Positions 39,756 through 54,222 of a stretch of 64,000 nucleotides of DNA are shown one piece after another. The translations under genes were made by a program, and so were the position numbers. Origin of the DNA: Ruditapes philippinarum (Eukaryota); contig NW_026854585.1 in NCBI RefSeq assembly GCF_026571515.1, positions 186,001 through 250,000 on the forward strand. The letters are read 5' to 3'. The notes under the pieces are model-generated. The model was not told where the DNA came from and searched no databases. It worked only from the letters and a program-made list of their open reading frames with translations. Position 1 is the stretch's first letter. The number at the start of each line of letters is the position of its first letter.

Positions 39756-39859
39756 AGCGAACAGCATGGATCCTGATCAGACTGCGCGGATGCGCAGGCT
39801 GGTCTGGATCAATGCTGGTCGCAAACGCACTATGTTGGTTTTGTCGTGACGCGGCTCAT
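39756..39859. mobile_element. Solo right arm of the same MITE family
   Basis: AGCGAACAGCATGGATCCTGATCAGACTGCGCGGATGCGCAGG...GCGGCTCATA is the reverse complement of the left arm at 39150-39253. Confidence 0.88.
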
Positions 39860-41329
39860 ATTACTTTGATTATATACTTCTGAATATTTGCTGGTTCAAA
39901 ATCTTTCACAGATAATGATCTATGTCAACAGTATAGATAAAGGTCAGTCTGTATTATAATGTAACATTTCCACATTGATATCCTTCAACTGCATCACAAA
40001 TTGTTTTGAAGGGCAATGGATAAAAAGTTTAGCTTTTACGGAGTCTTTATAAAACTGATATCAACCTGTGGTTTTTTACATCCAAGACACATATTTTCCT
40101 TGAGGAGAGAACACGAGAGTGCACAGGAGAAAAAAAACTTATATTTCTGAGTACTGTTAGAATATACGTCAATGCTGACTCGATCTTTGCATGTTTTATA
40201 CTCCTATATACCATTCTATAGCATCGTATCTAATTCTATCTAGTCGTATCTTATCGTATTTTTTATCATACCATTCCTTTCCGTACAGTAGTAGTATTGT
40301 CCCTATCGTACCGTATCGTATCTAATTAATTTATTCCACCGTAACGTATCGTATTGCATGAAATCATCTTGATCATTATGATTTTATTTTAATTGTTTAT
40401 TAAACAAACTATTTTTGGTGTATATGCAATGCAGCATTAATCACCGAGTTATACCCATATACCAAACAAAATCGCCATTTACAATGCAAAGTGACAGCAA
40501 AAGCTGCTTTCTTTACATGGGTAAAAATAAAAATAAAAACTATCAAATCAGATATGCAAATATAAACTTGTACCGTAGAAGAGGCTATTTGCTAATGATA
40601 GTCTGCAAATGTACAATACTGTTTTCACATATCAAGATTATATGAGACAAGCTGTATGAATAAACAGCTGTAGACTTGTTTGTATCATACATTTTTGATG
40701 ACGTATTGATTGTAAAATGTACGAGTCGGTAATAAAGATACCAGTCTAGAATAATCAATGCAAATTGATACTCTGTATATTTTATTCGTCACAAGAACGC
40801 ATGATTTGTCGTTGTTTATTCATGAGTTAAGTGGTGCAAAATCAACAAATACTATAAGATCTACCTAGCTATAATAGACATTGAGCTTTGATGAAAGAAG
40901 TGCTTACGAAAACGGTAATATTCTTACAAACAGCCTGATTAACGATGATAATTAAATTATCGTTATGATAATATTATGATTTTATCAAATTTTAATAATA
41001 TTATAATATTCATTGTTATTGTCGTCATCGTCATCAAATGTGAAAGATCTCATTTTCGTTTGCGGCAATTATTATACGAACTACTATTGTCGTATCCGGT
41101 TTTTTTTCTAATACCCATGATTGAGGAGTGACAATGAAATCTGTCATAAAGTGCTTTAAATAGAATTGAACATGCTATCTATAAAAAAGAAATAATAGAT
41201 GTTTCAAAAGTGTGGGAGAAGCGTTAAATTGGAAGTGTAAGAATCCTTTTGTTAGACATCTCCATCAAATTAAGCTACTGAGTTCGTGACCTTTAAAAGA
41301 ATAATGCGAATCAACGTGTAAATAACACA

Positions 41330-41862
41330 TATATATTTACATTCGATATTTATACTTGGTTGTTATATTCTTTATGATATAAACCGCGGCGCAAGAGTGT
41401 AATAACGTCATTTAACAAAATTACACTAGTGTAATAACACTTTGACGTTACGTCATTTGCGTTATATAATAACAATACAATAAATTTAGTATTAAATCTA
41501 CAGTCATTAAATATCCTCAATTAATCATATAAACCGCGGCGCAAGAGTGTAATAAAATCATTTAATAAAAACGATATTACACTAAAGTGTAATAACACTG
41601 GCGTGACGTCAATATCGTAAAAGCACGCTCCTGATAGCGTTACACTATAAGCGCGTCAATATAAAATGACCCTTTTTAAAAGTTTACCGTTCTTAATTTT
41701 AAACAAGCGATAAATCAAATATTATATTCATGTAGATTCAATAATAAATTTATCAAACAAGTGGAATAAAACAATATTATGCTCATAAGAGGCTCGCATA
41801 ATATGGTTTTATTCAACAAGCTCAATAAATTAAACCTGCACCCATTCAATATTCTCTATGTA
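41330..41862. mobile_element. Non-autonomous repeat with an internal direct repeat and a subterminal hairpin
   Basis: Duplicated ATAAACCGCGGCGCAAGAGTGTAATAA (~41379 and ~41529), and a hairpin GAATAAAAC-AATATTATGC...GCATAATAT-GGTTTTATTC at ~41764-41814. Family not determined. Confidence 0.55.
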
Positions 41863-42641
41863 CATGTACATGTATTTAAAAGGAGTGTATCGATTCTCCG
41901 ACGGAGATCCAACAAATTCTAATTGATACAAATACTGTAGAATAAGTCATTCTAACAGAATCAATGTATAATACCATATCAAATTTCATATTGCATTGTC
42001 ACTTACCACTATAGAGAATTAGAAAAAAATAACGTTATTAATATTCGTTTTTACCACCTATGTTTGAGACGAAAAACGAGAGAAATTTGATCATATACAA
42101 ACTAACAAGAAAGGATAAAGTAATATGAGGATGATCATTGTTGAATTTCACACAATTGAGTATTAATCGTGCTATGTTTAAAGTTCAAACAGCGGTAAAA
42201 CACTTCATATATCTTACTTTAAGAAAATATAACCGCATGATTTCATAACAGCATGACAGGTGATGCTTTTGTCAGTGTATAGCGCCCAACCAGCAGGTGC
42301 AATTAAGCAGCCAAATCAATGTCAATTTCGGCTATTTTGTCCAGAGACTATATCATTCCAATAACAATTAGGCCATATAAGGTACAACCTGTCACCTTAT
42401 ATGGAATAGCACGAGGACAAACGTCATGAATAATTCATTTTAAAAATAGCCTTTTAATATTTTATTATTTTTGCATCCTCGACGCATAATTAAAACGCTT
42501 ATTTTGAACCTATTACCACGCAACATGCAGGTTAAATTTAGCCTTGATAGATCTAACGCATATATACAAACGACTAAACCATTCTTGTCAATTTGGAAAT
42601 ATTAGATAAGATTTCTAAAGACTTTGTAATAACTAACTTAC

Positions 42642-42880
42642 CTTATTCTTTTGTTTTCTTCATCCTTCATTTCTTTCGCTCTTCCAATGACCTCGCGTAT
42701 TTTGGCAACTTCATCCGGTGATAAGTGACTTAGATCCGGTTCCGGTGGGTCCATGGGAGATGGTATCCGCATAGACCCTAGTGAAGATCTCCTTCCGGCA
42801 CGTGAGCCGTAAGAGTAAATAGACTGCCAGTCTGAAACCTGGCTCTCGGTATCAGACGGCAGACTCCCTTCGTTTCCCAT
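42642..42880 (-). CDS. First coding exon of a Piccolo/Bassoon-like (RIM-superfamily) presynaptic active-zone protein
   Basis: ATG at 42880 and a perfect donor AG|GTAAGT at 42641. Translates to MGNEGSLPSDTESQVSDW...PPEPDLSHLSPDEVAKIREVIGRAKEMKDEENKRI(R). The start resembles Piccolo MGNEASL and Bassoon MGNEVSL. DLSHLS..E...I..V..RA matches the Piccolo/RIM/Slp N-terminal helix. The upstream extension in the ORF track (to 43063) is probably UTR. Confidence 0.82.
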
Positions 42881-43689
42881 GTTCACAAGGAAATTTAAAA
42901 TTTGAACCAGGGACCAGTCACATACATGTACACTGAATATATAAATCCAAAGGCACAAGCAAACGATAAATAAAAATGAGCTCACAAATACGTGGTAAAG
43001 TGCGGTAACCAAACATGGTGGTTGATTCCGATTTCCAAATAAAACTAAGGTGAACATAGACATTTAATATATTGCATCAGCGATTTTTGGTGTCTGCTAC
43101 AGACAAAAACAAATAAAAGCAATCAGATCTTGCGGAAAGAATGCGGCGTAATGCGGGCATATTAACAAACAATATTATATTGATGCATAAAACATTTCTT
43201 GGAAATAGGTTGGCTGCAATGCTATTATATATCCATTCACGCAATCCACACACAAGAAAAACAAATATTGAATTTTTACAATTCAGCTTACTCCATACCA
43301 GGACACTACAACCAAAAACATCCGCGATTCCTATTGATCAGGCGAGCAGGGGGACTTATATTTTTAAAAAGCACCTCACTTATACACTATCATGACCTCC
43401 TGCATTAAAACTTTTCACTTTCATACTGATTTATCCATTTCTATAATTATGTATAACGACAGGAGACAAACAGACTAAACATATCACACGAGTCTTGGAA
43501 TCCTTATTGGAAAATGAACATGCTTAGTTTTCCAACCAAACAAGCTATAGATAGATCGATTTTCCTGTTCTTCTGCTGGCACTGTGTAAGAGAGTTGTAT
43601 CAGTTAAATCTGCCCATGAATCGATTGGGTCTTTGAGCGTTCCTGGTTTTTCAATAGAGATGAGAGGGCTTGCAGTCACTACCACTAGA

Positions 43690-43870
43690 GGGAATCTATT
43701 TCTTTTAATCGATACGGACAATCGACTTAATGGCGACTACATAATGGCGCGCGATTGCGCAATAAACAGCTTCTAAGTAGAGTATGCGTTTGATAATCAA
43801 AGCGTACTGGCATTTTTGGTACGCAGACTGTAAAAACGTCAAATTACTATCGACTTCCGGTAATTTCAGA
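43690..43870. promoter_or_regulatory. Candidate promoter-proximal region for the Piccolo-like gene
   Basis: Locally CpG-rich patch ~0.8 kb upstream of the ATG, with two AATGGCG (YY1-like), palindromic ATTGCGCAAT (C/EBP) and ACTTCCGG (ETS). The evidence is motif matches only. Confidence 0.35.
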
Positions 43871-45396
43871 GAATTTGGGTGAAAGAGGTGATTTTTGTTT
43901 GCTGTATACAGTAAAAAATAGATCGGTCAATATCTGTTGCACACAATAAGCGTCTAATGTTTAAATGCTGTTGAAATAAAAAGAGGCACGGTTTATCTGA
44001 ACATGAACATTATTGATGTCGAGTAATGGGTTAAAATAAGCTTAAACGAGTCTTTCATCTATTTTCACGACGAGAAAAAAGTGTGTGGCCGCAACACGCA
44101 ATAAATATCGGATGATTATATTCAGATGTTTTATCTTTAATGACGTATACCAAACGATTGTGCAGTTTGTATCTATTTATTTATTTTTCATCTTAAGCTA
44201 CTTAATTTAAATCACGGGTGACTATCTTAAACAGGCATAGTAACATTACGATGAACGCGATTTAATTCATCGAATAAAAACGCATGGATTAACATATATA
44301 TACCACTTCCGATGGCATGAACAAACGCAAACAACGTAATTTCAATCAAGGGTTAAAACAGACTTTATCCAATTAAAATATTTTAAAACGGTGAAATTAT
44401 TTCGTATGGTCGATTCTCGGAAAAGTTTCTGTTATTTAACACGTATGGAAATTCTGTGTCAACTGAATTAAATGTTCGAAACCTAATATTATGTAGCTAT
44501 TCATCGTCGAATACCCACGGTTGATTGACATAAGTAACATGACTTAACATGTAATTTCATGAATTTTAATGGTTCGGCCGAGGGTATCCGAAGATATCAG
44601 CTATTTTACTTATTTTATTAAGGATTTTAACCGTTCAGCAACAAGTTCGTCCTTCTGTCATTTACTTGAAAGGAAATATATAGTACTAACACATGTCATT
44701 CATACAAACATTTTAAAACTGTTCTTTTTCAAAATCCAAACTTTTTTCCTTTTTTTTTGTAAACTGCAGACAGCTGAGATAGAGCTTTTTATAGACTTTA
44801 ACACGTTTGTAGCCCAGTCCTCACAAAAAGAGAATAGCAGGGATTCAAGCTCGCTTTGTAGGGAAAGTGAGATAGTAAAATCATCGCATAATTAATTCAA
44901 AAATGAAAGGAACTCTGACGAGATTTTTTAAAGATTTATTTTTGTATAAAAATTTTACATTTTAGAGAATAAAAGTAAAATAGCATATAAATTGAAGAAT
45001 TACATAAAACAAATTAGTAACAATGACCTTTTTAAAGAATGAACAATGGTATATATAGCCTACATAAAAATACTTATAATTTCAAACTTAAAAAAAAGGA
45101 ATGTAACCATGGAATTGACAAAGCGTCAATTAAATAAACCTAGCAACGTATTTTTGAGAGATATTCCAATTTCTATTAAGAAATATCGAAGGTCTGTAAA
45201 AACCAAAATCTTTTTATGTCATGCCAAATAAATATACATGTAGCTAGGTCTAAATAACTGACACATGCGATCTTTTTCACCTTTTTCAAACTAAAATAAA
45301 AACAATAAAACTGGCAAGCTTAGTTATAGATTTAACAGTATATAAAAACTACAGGACTACTTTAATCATAAAACAATACATTTTTTTTGAAAAACT

Positions 45397-45586
45397 GTTC
45401 CAGAGAGACCTCAGGTACCCTTCCGTGCATTATTTCGGACCTGAGTAGAACCACCGACGTTTCGTAAGCCAGCTGGATATCTTCTTCACATGAACGAATG
45501 CAAATTCGGTGTCTGGATTAGAACCCACAGCGGTGAGGGTCAAGTGATTTGAAGTCAACGACTTTTACCACACGCCACAGACGCCC
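45397..45586 (-). mobile_element. Truncated copy of the same SINE family
   Basis: CCTGAGTAGAACCACCGACGTTTCGTAAGC...GAACCCACAG...TTTGAAGTCAACGACTT matches 6563-6830. It has internal deletions and no tail. Confidence 0.85.
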
Positions 45587-45690
45587 TTCACTTATTGTAA
45601 GTGAAAACATATATTGACCATAATTATGACATCACATGCCTCAAAACACGGATTTATGCCATATAAATCCGTGCTCAAAATAAATGATAA

Positions 45691-47308
45691 AACTAGAAAT
45701 GTGTCATCATGCCACGGATGCCCCCGCATGCAGCCAAAATTTCAAATGTTATAATATTTAGTTCCAAATTTGTTTGCACAAAAAAAAATTATTTTTTTCA
45801 TTCTAAGTTCAAAGCCCTTAAAACTTTTCAATGTTAACACAAACCATTTTTATACAATGTTCAAGGCACTGAAATTATTCAGTCTTAACCTTTTAAAAAT
45901 AGCATATTGCATATTTGTAGCCAACATAATGCTATATACATTCCACAAAAGTATGAGTGCTGAAACTGAAAGTTCAAAATTTTTCCAACATTCAGGAAAG
46001 ATAAGTTTGTCTAAAATCATTGAACCATGACCAAAAATTCAAACCTTAAACTGCTTATTCCTAAGATGTATCTAATTTATTTTCAAAAGTGAAAGGGACA
46101 TAACTCTGCCAAAAAATCATCGAACCATGACCAAATTCCAACTTGACCTGCGCATTCCTTTGACATATCCATATGTCAATTTTGAGTGAAGATGTAACAC
46201 TGTTTGGGTTGATTAATGAACAGAAACTATAAATTTCATTATTTCATTTTCAAAGTGAAAGGGGCATTACTCTGCCAAAAATCATTTGAACCATGACCAA
46301 ATTTTGTAAGATTCCCTGTGCATTCCAAAACATATCCATATGTCAAATTTGGTTGAATGTTTAATACTGTTGGGGAGTATAATAAACGGAAACTGAAAAT
46401 TTCATATTATTTTCAAAGTAAAAGGGGCATAACTCTGCCAAAAAATCATCGACCATGACCCAAATTTGAAACTTGACCTGCGCATTCGTTTTGACGTAAT
46501 TGATATGTCAAGTTTGAGCTGAATGTGTTGTACGATTGGGAGATAATGAACGGAAACTGAAAATTTCATATTATTTTTCAAAGTGAAAGGGCATAAACTC
46601 TGCCAAAAATCATCGAACCATGACCAAATTTGAACTTGACCTGCGCATTCCTTTGACATGTAATCCATATGTCAAGTTTGAGTTGAATGTGTTGTACCAT
46701 TGGGGAGTTAATGAACGGAACTGAAAATTTCATATTATTTTCCCAAAGTAAAAGGGGCATAACTCTGCCAAAAATCATCGAACTATGACAAATTTGAACT
46801 TGACCTGATTTTCTCATACATATCGATATGCCAAAGTTTGAGTTGAATGTTGGTTGTACCGTTGGGGAAATAATGAACGGAAACTGAAAATTTCATATTA
46901 TTTCCAAAGTAAAGGGGCATAACTCTGCCAAAAATCATCGAACCATGACCAAATCTCGACTTGTTGACCTGTATTTTCTATGACATATCCATATATCAAT
47001 TTTGAGTTGAATGTTTGTTACCGTTGTGGAGATAATGAACGGTAACCTGGAAAGATTTCATATTATTTTCAATGTAAAAAGGGGCATAACTCTGCCAAAA
47101 ATCATCGACGAACCATGACCAATTTTTCGAACTTGACCTGTATTTCTCATGACATATCCATTATGTCCAAATTTGAGTTCAATATGTGCAACGGTTATTA
47201 AGATAATGAACGGAAACTGATGATGACGGAAGGACGGAAGGACGGAATGACGGAATGACGGAACAGGGTAACACTATATGCCCCTGCCATTATATGGCGG
47301 GGGCATAA
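45691..47308 (+). mobile_element. Helentron-associated (HINE/pearl-like) non-autonomous element with a ~164-bp satellite array
   Basis: 5' end AACTAGAA...GATGCCCCC, ~7-8 tandem units containing AAGGGGCATAACTCTGCCAAAAATCATCGAACCATGACC, a (GACGGAA[G/T]) microsatellite, and a 3' hairpin TATGCCCCTGCCAT-TAT-ATGGCGGGGGCATA followed by an A-run. Confidence 0.85.
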
Positions 47309-48797
47309 AAAATCATTACATATAAAACACTGCACCAATATAGTTTGTGTCATGCCTATAATTGTGTAGAACTTATTCTTAAAATCAGTTTTTATTAAAT
47401 ATATTTAAACAATATCAGCATTTATATATAAAAAAAAACTTTACTTATCAGCTCTAGACTATACCTCTTAAATAGAACATGCTGCTGAGCTAAAAACAAG
47501 CATTTCTGACACATCATAGTGTATAAATCTTAAAGATATACTATAAGCTCATCTTTATGTAAAATACTTTACTGCAGAAATTTATAAAAATATAGGAAAT
47601 TCTTACTAAATATGTCTAATTTGAATAAGAGAATGTATTAAATATGTTTGAAAAGCTGCATTTCCTATGGCTAGTCAAAATATTTTATATACTTTAGGTC
47701 TTTTCTTAAACAAATCTGCCAGTTTTTTAATGACAAACTGTGTTTACCTATGTTATGTAGTGTTTAAAACATAACATATCTTCTGTATGTGTGTGTGTTG
47801 TCTAAAGATATTTATTTTAAAATGAAAAAAAACTATAGAAATTATCAGTATTTTCATCAAATACTAGTATCAAATTTCAACATAATATATCTTTAAAATA
47901 GCTATTTATCTGTCAATTTCTGACCAAAGCAGAATAGACTCTATCTAACAAAATACAAATGAACAACAATAAACTAGAGAAGTTATATATTAAATGACTT
48001 AAAATGACTATATACTGTAGACATATAATAAGTATACCATATAAAAATGTAAACTACAGGAAAAATTTCCAATAAAAAGAATTAACCATGTATATATAAT
48101 TTCTGCACATACCTGTATATAATAATATATAATAACTGTGTAATATGCAACAGTCGTATTTATTCCAATTAATGCCGATGAAAATTAAAAACAGGGAACT
48201 TATTGAAGATACAAGCTTAATCAGCTTAATCTACATGTTTTTGTTTGTTTGTTTTTAAGTTTTATAACAAAAAGTTGTGTCCATTTTTTGAGGTTGTTGG
48301 TTCCACATAATATAATTAGAAATCTCTTAATAAAACTTATTAACAACTAAAAACTTACCACCAATACGGTCACTAATTAGAATAAATACGGCATTTTATA
48401 CTTGCTCTACATTATACATTAAATACCAGAAATGATGTACATGCATGACCCTCAATAAACAACTAAAATCTGCACCAAAAGATGAAATCAACACAAATAC
48501 AACATCTAAAGAAATTAAAAAAAAGAAATATCAAAATTTCAAAATCACAATTTTTTAAGTTTCAACATAATTTACTGTTTCCTGAACAGAGCTTAAATGT
48601 TAACGATTTTTTACAACTTCGACTTGCTTGAAAGAACAACCTTGTATAATACTCAAATATCACAATTTAGTAAGGCACTTGTATATATATTAATGTCTAT
48701 ATAATTATTCAATCTAAATATACATATATGGATCCATTATCTATAGGTCTTATATGGAATGTAATAAAGTGTTTGAACGTTTATATAACACATGGTA

Positions 48798-49545
48798 AAA
48801 TATTGTATTCTATATCATTCCATCTTCAAAACATACAAATCAAATATTGTATTCTATATCATTCCATCTTCAAAACATACAAATCAAATATTGTATTCTA
48901 TATCATTCCATCTTCAAAATATACAAATCAAATATTGTATTCTATATCATTCCATCTTCAAAACCTACAAATCAAATATTGTATTCTATATCATTCCATC
49001 TTCAAAATTTACAAATCAAATATTGTATTCTCTATCATTCCATCTTCAAAATTTACAAATCAAATATTGTATTTTATATCAATCCATCTTCAAAATTTAC
49101 AAATCAAATATTGTATTTTATATCAAACCATCTTCAAAATATACAGATCAAATATTGTATTCTATATCATTCCATCTTCAAAATATACAAATCAAATATT
49201 GTATTCTATATTAATCCATCTTCAAAATTTACAAATCAAATATTGTATTCTATATTAATCCATCTTCAAAATTTACAAATCAAATATTGTATTCTATATC
49301 ATTCCAACTTCAAAATTTACAAATCAAATATTGTATTCTATATCATTCCATCTTCAAAATTTACAAATCAAATATTGTATTCTATATCATTCCATCTTCA
49401 AAATTTACAAATCAAATATTGTATTCTATATTATTCCATCTTCAAAATTTACAAATCAAATATTGTATTCTATATCAATCCATCTTCAAAATATACAAAT
49501 CAAATATTGTATTCTATATCAATCCATCTTCAAAATATACAAATC
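48798..49545. repeat. 44-bp minisatellite, ~17 copies
   Basis: Unit AAATATTGTATTCTATATCATTCCATCTTCAAAATTTACAAATC, highly homogeneous. Confidence 0.97.
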
Positions 49546-51524
49546 ATATTATACACATGTATATATATTATAAATCAATAGAAATATCCTTTTCCCCTGA
49601 CAGAACAAGAACAAAAATTATTACATGTATTGCCGAAGGTTTACAAAAGTATAATTCCCAAACCATGACTGTTACTGAGAAATATAGCTTACTGGCCGAG
49701 GATTCAACTTTAAAACCATAGTTTATTTGCCTTTCGCTAGCCATTTTGGAAAAAAAGTATCTTGCTAAGTTTGGGAAATTCTGCGTTGTAAAATTGTTTA
49801 ATTCAGAAAAATATTTGGTACCAATGAAAACACATTCATGCTCATTTAGCCTTGTATTTAGAATTGTGCAAAATATTTTTATTCAAACCAATGCAAATTT
49901 TTCATTTAAAGCATAATAGATACAGTATAACCTGACAATGAAATGTTTGGGAACGTCTGTCTGATACCATACTCTGATACCATACTGGAATGAACTTCAT
50001 GCAAATTTGTCAGTTTTGTATTCGGGAATTTCAGTTCAATTATGACACTTTTTAAAGATTTCGGAAAAAAAAAGAAGCATATTTGCCATTGGAAATGGAT
50101 CTGGTAATCTAACCTGTGGTGACAGAGGGAAAAGGCATGTACTGTAAGACAGCTATCTGGAATCACTTAAAGGCAAAGTGGTCTAGAACCTTTGTTTTAA
50201 TTCATATCCTTTGGGTCAACAAAATAAAACATCCCCTTCTCTAATCAAAGGAATATATGGTGGTAAACAACACTAGATATATACATACTGTAAAATCCTC
50301 CTATTTTCAAGTACAATATTACATATCACATTATATTAATGTGACTTTATACGCAACAACTTTCCATAGGAAAAAAAATAACAAGAGCTGCAATATATAC
50401 ACTTATAGAAAAGCTACAACCTATGTCCAATTTCACATAGAGGATACTGTATATTGGGTAATTTTTGTGTACATCAAAATTTATTTTGGTCAAAGTGTTA
50501 AGCAAGTTTATATTTTCATGCCATTTCCTGGTACTGATTCAACTTTACACAAATATTTTAAAAAAATGTTTAAAAACAAGAGTATTTCTTCCTACATTGT
50601 AACTGTTATTCCATATAAATTTAGTGTCACTGCCAAAAATGATATAAATGTCATCACAAACACTATTACACTGAAAAGATTATAGGAAGTAAAAGATATT
50701 TCTGGAATAAATTTTTTGCTACATGTATTTCAAACTTTGTTTGGCTGTAAATACAGTAAAATATATCACACACGAAAATAACCTAACATACAGTAATATA
50801 CAAAGATTCAAAGGATCAAGGCAAAATCTTTGGTAGTTCAAACAATATGGGACTATATTATATCTAGTGAAGATACCAAATCTTAATTTATTTTCACAAA
50901 CCACATTTTTTAACATTCAGACTAGGTAGAAAAATATTTTGTAATGAAACAATGCCATTTTTATAAATTTGTATAAATTTGTATTAATTAAAACAAACAT
51001 TTACAGAAATATCTAGTATATTTGCAACTCATTTTTATAAGAAAACAATGCCAGACATTTAAGGAAACTAACTTATCAAAGTTTAAAACAATATAAACAT
51101 AGATAAGAAAACATAGAGGATCACATGATGGCAAACATTTACAGCAATACCAACAATATTTGCTATCTTATATGCAGATATAATTCACTTATTTCTAGAA
51201 ACAAAAATTAACATAGCTGTTCAATTGTAAGTTACTATATATCCAAGTGAATAAAGGATTTTTATGTGTGTAAAAGAACTTATTGCAAAAACAAATTTCA
51301 AATTCTGAGAAATAATACTACAAACTTGAAGGTCAGTTTCAAGACACAAAGCTGCATAAAAGAAACGACAAATCTTGATGTTGTAGATAATTTTTAAAGA
51401 AGAATAATTCAATTACATTCTATAAAACCCAATAATTTGTAGAAATTTTGTAGAAATAAAACGCCACAAATTTAAGACCTACCTTTCCTGATTAACACTA
51501 TACCGATGTATATTCAAAACAAAA

Positions 51525-52735
51525 ATTATACTAATTGCACTGATTGTATACAGATTAACTTGGAACAAGGATTATATTAACAGCACAAGTGGAACAAGAA
51601 TTATGTTAACTGCACTAGTTGTCTATAAATTAACTCGGAACAAGGATTATATTAATTGCACTAGCTGTATACAGACGAACTCGGAACAAGGATTATATTA
51701 ACTGCACAAGAGGAACAAGAATTATATTAACTGCACTAGTTGTATATAGATGAACTCAGAACAAGGATTATATTAACTGCACAAGAGGAACAAGAATTAT
51801 ATTAACTACACTAGTTGTATAAAGATGAACTCAGAACAGGAATTATATAAACTACTGTAACACTATTTGTATATAGATCAAGTCATAACAAGAATTATAT
51901 CAACTACACTAGTTGTATAAAGATGAATTCATAACAAGAATTATATTAACTACACTATTTGTATACAGATGAACTCAGAACAAGAATTATATTAACTTTC
52001 AAAGATTTTCCATGATATTGCTTTGACAACACTTTAAACATGATATAAATGTTAAAAAAAAGTCAACAACTCTATTTTTAGCCTCAGTAACCTTTACCTT
52101 ATCAGCCTGAAACCACACCTAAGGCAGTCAACAATAAAAATTATGTTCACTGCACTAGTTGTCTATAAATTAACTCGGAACCAAGATTATATTAATTGCA
52201 CTAGCTGTATACAGATGAACTCAGAACAAGGATTATATTAACTGCACAAGAGGAACAAGAATTATATTAACTGCACTATTTGTATATTGATGAACTCATA
52301 ACAAGAATTATATTAACTACACTAGTTGTATATAGATGAACTCATAACAAGAATTATATTAACTACACTAGTTGTATAAAGATGAACTCATAACAAGAAT
52401 TATATTAACTACACTTGTTGTATAAAGATGAACTCATAACAAGAATTATGTCAACTACACTAGTCGTATAAAGATGAATTCAAAACAAGAATTATATAAA
52501 CTACACTATTTGTATATAGATCAAGTCATAACAAGAATTATATTAACTGCACTATTTGTATATAGATGACCTCAGAACAAGAATTATATTAACTATCAAA
52601 GATTTTCCATGATATTGCTTTCACAACACTTAAAACATGATCTAACTGTTAAAAAAAATCAACAACTCTATTTTTAGCCTCAGTAACCTTTACCTTATCA
52701 GCCTGAAACCACACCTAAGGCAGTCAACAATAAAA
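51525..52735. repeat. Compound 46-bp/29-bp minisatellite with a ~600-bp higher-order duplication
   Basis: Unit GAATTATATTAACTACACTAGTTGTATAAAGATGAACTCATAACAA plus a 29-bp deletion variant. The unique spacer at ~52000-52135 is repeated at ~52597-52735. Confidence 0.93.
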
Positions 52736-53068
52736 GTCAGCAACACATCAAATAAATAAATTATCAGTCAATTAATGGAAGTTGAAGGAGAAACAGTAAA
52801 TCTGACCTGTTAACTGTATTGTTAATGCAATTTCTTTCCAATGACATACTGACAGCTGTAAAAATCAAAACAACTTTTCAGTTTCATATAGATCTTTGTC
52901 ACACACATAATTACACTCTAAAAGAAAACTTTTTATAAAATACAATGCCCTCATTTGAATTCTGATAACAGTTTAACAAAGCTAATGGGGAAATTTCATG
53001 AATTTTGAATATTTGACCTTTAAGGTCAAGGGTCACTAAGGGATCAATGTCATATTTCAAAATGTTAA

Positions 53069-54060
53069 AACTAGAACTGCCACTGTCATGGCGCGAATAC
53101 CCCCGCATACCACATTGTCAGAATCAACAATTAGGGCTCAAGGACAACATCCCTGCCAAATCTGAGGTAACAAAACCAGTGCAATGCTTAGTTATGTATT
53201 CTCAATGCTTCAAATGTGAAAATGTCAAAATCAATACACTGCGGACAGGTATTCTTAAGCATTTGAGCAGACAAGCTTATTATTGTAAAAATCCCTGTGA
53301 CCTTGACCTTTGACACATTCAACTTTTAATCAATAGGGATCATCTACTAGTTATAAACAACCTCAATACCAAATATGAAGACTGTTGACCAAAGCATTCT
53401 TAATCAATTGGGCAGAAAAGCTTTTTTAGTCAAGGCCCCTGTGACCTTGACCTTTGACCCGGTGACTTCAAAATCAAAAGGGGTCATCTAATAATCATGA
53501 CTAACCTCCATGCCAAATATGAAGGCTGTAAGTGAAAGGAATCTCAAGTTATTGGGGGGGACAAGCTGTTTTTAGTCAAGGCCTCAGTGACCTTTGACAC
53601 AGTAACCTCAAAATCAATAGGGGTCATCTACTAATCATGACTAAACTCCATGCCAAATATGAAGACCATGGGTCAATGGAATCTCAAGTAATTGGGCCGG
53701 CAAGCTTTCTTTAGTCAAGGCCCCTGTGACCTTGACCTTTGACCTCAAAATCAATAAAGGTCAGCTACTTATCATGACTAAACTCCATGCCAATTATGAA
53801 GACCTTGGGTCATAGGAATCTAAAGTAATTGGGTGGACAAGATTTTTTTAGTCAAGGCTTCTGTGACCGTGACCTTTAACCCAGTGACCTCAAAATCTAC
53901 TTATCATGGCTAACCTCCATGCAAAATATGGAGACCGTGGGTGAAAGAATTCTCAAGTTATTGGGCATAACCGTGGGTCAAAAAGGAAAATTTAAAATGG
54001 GTTGACCCAAACTGATTCCCTATACCAACCCCCTTAAAAACTTTGTTGTGGGGGCCCCCC
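53069..54060 (+). mobile_element. HINE/pearl-like element with a ~140-145-bp internal array
   Basis: 5' end AACTAGAA...AATACCCCC and five units containing GTGACCTTGACCTTTGA...AAAATCAATAGGGGTCATCTA. The 3' hairpin is garbled in low-quality sequence. Confidence 0.75.
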
Positions 54061-54222
54061 AAAAACCCCGGAGTTTTTTGTAATTTTTAAAAGTTATAAA
54101 AAGGGTAAAATGGGGCTATATTTTTTATAAAATTGGGGTAAAAAAAAAAGTTTAAAATAATTTAATTTTTTTTTTGGAAAAAAAAGGGTTTTTTTTCTAT
54201 TAAAATTTCAATTTGATAAAAT

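Noticed and set aside
48728-49721. Five long overlapping ORFs (up to 244 aa)
   Set aside because: Artefact of a 44-bp unit with no plus-strand stop codon, so the reading frame simply cycles through all three phases.
48798-52735. CRISPR-like arrays
   Set aside because: Contiguous tandem units without unique spacers, in a eukaryotic context with no cas genes.
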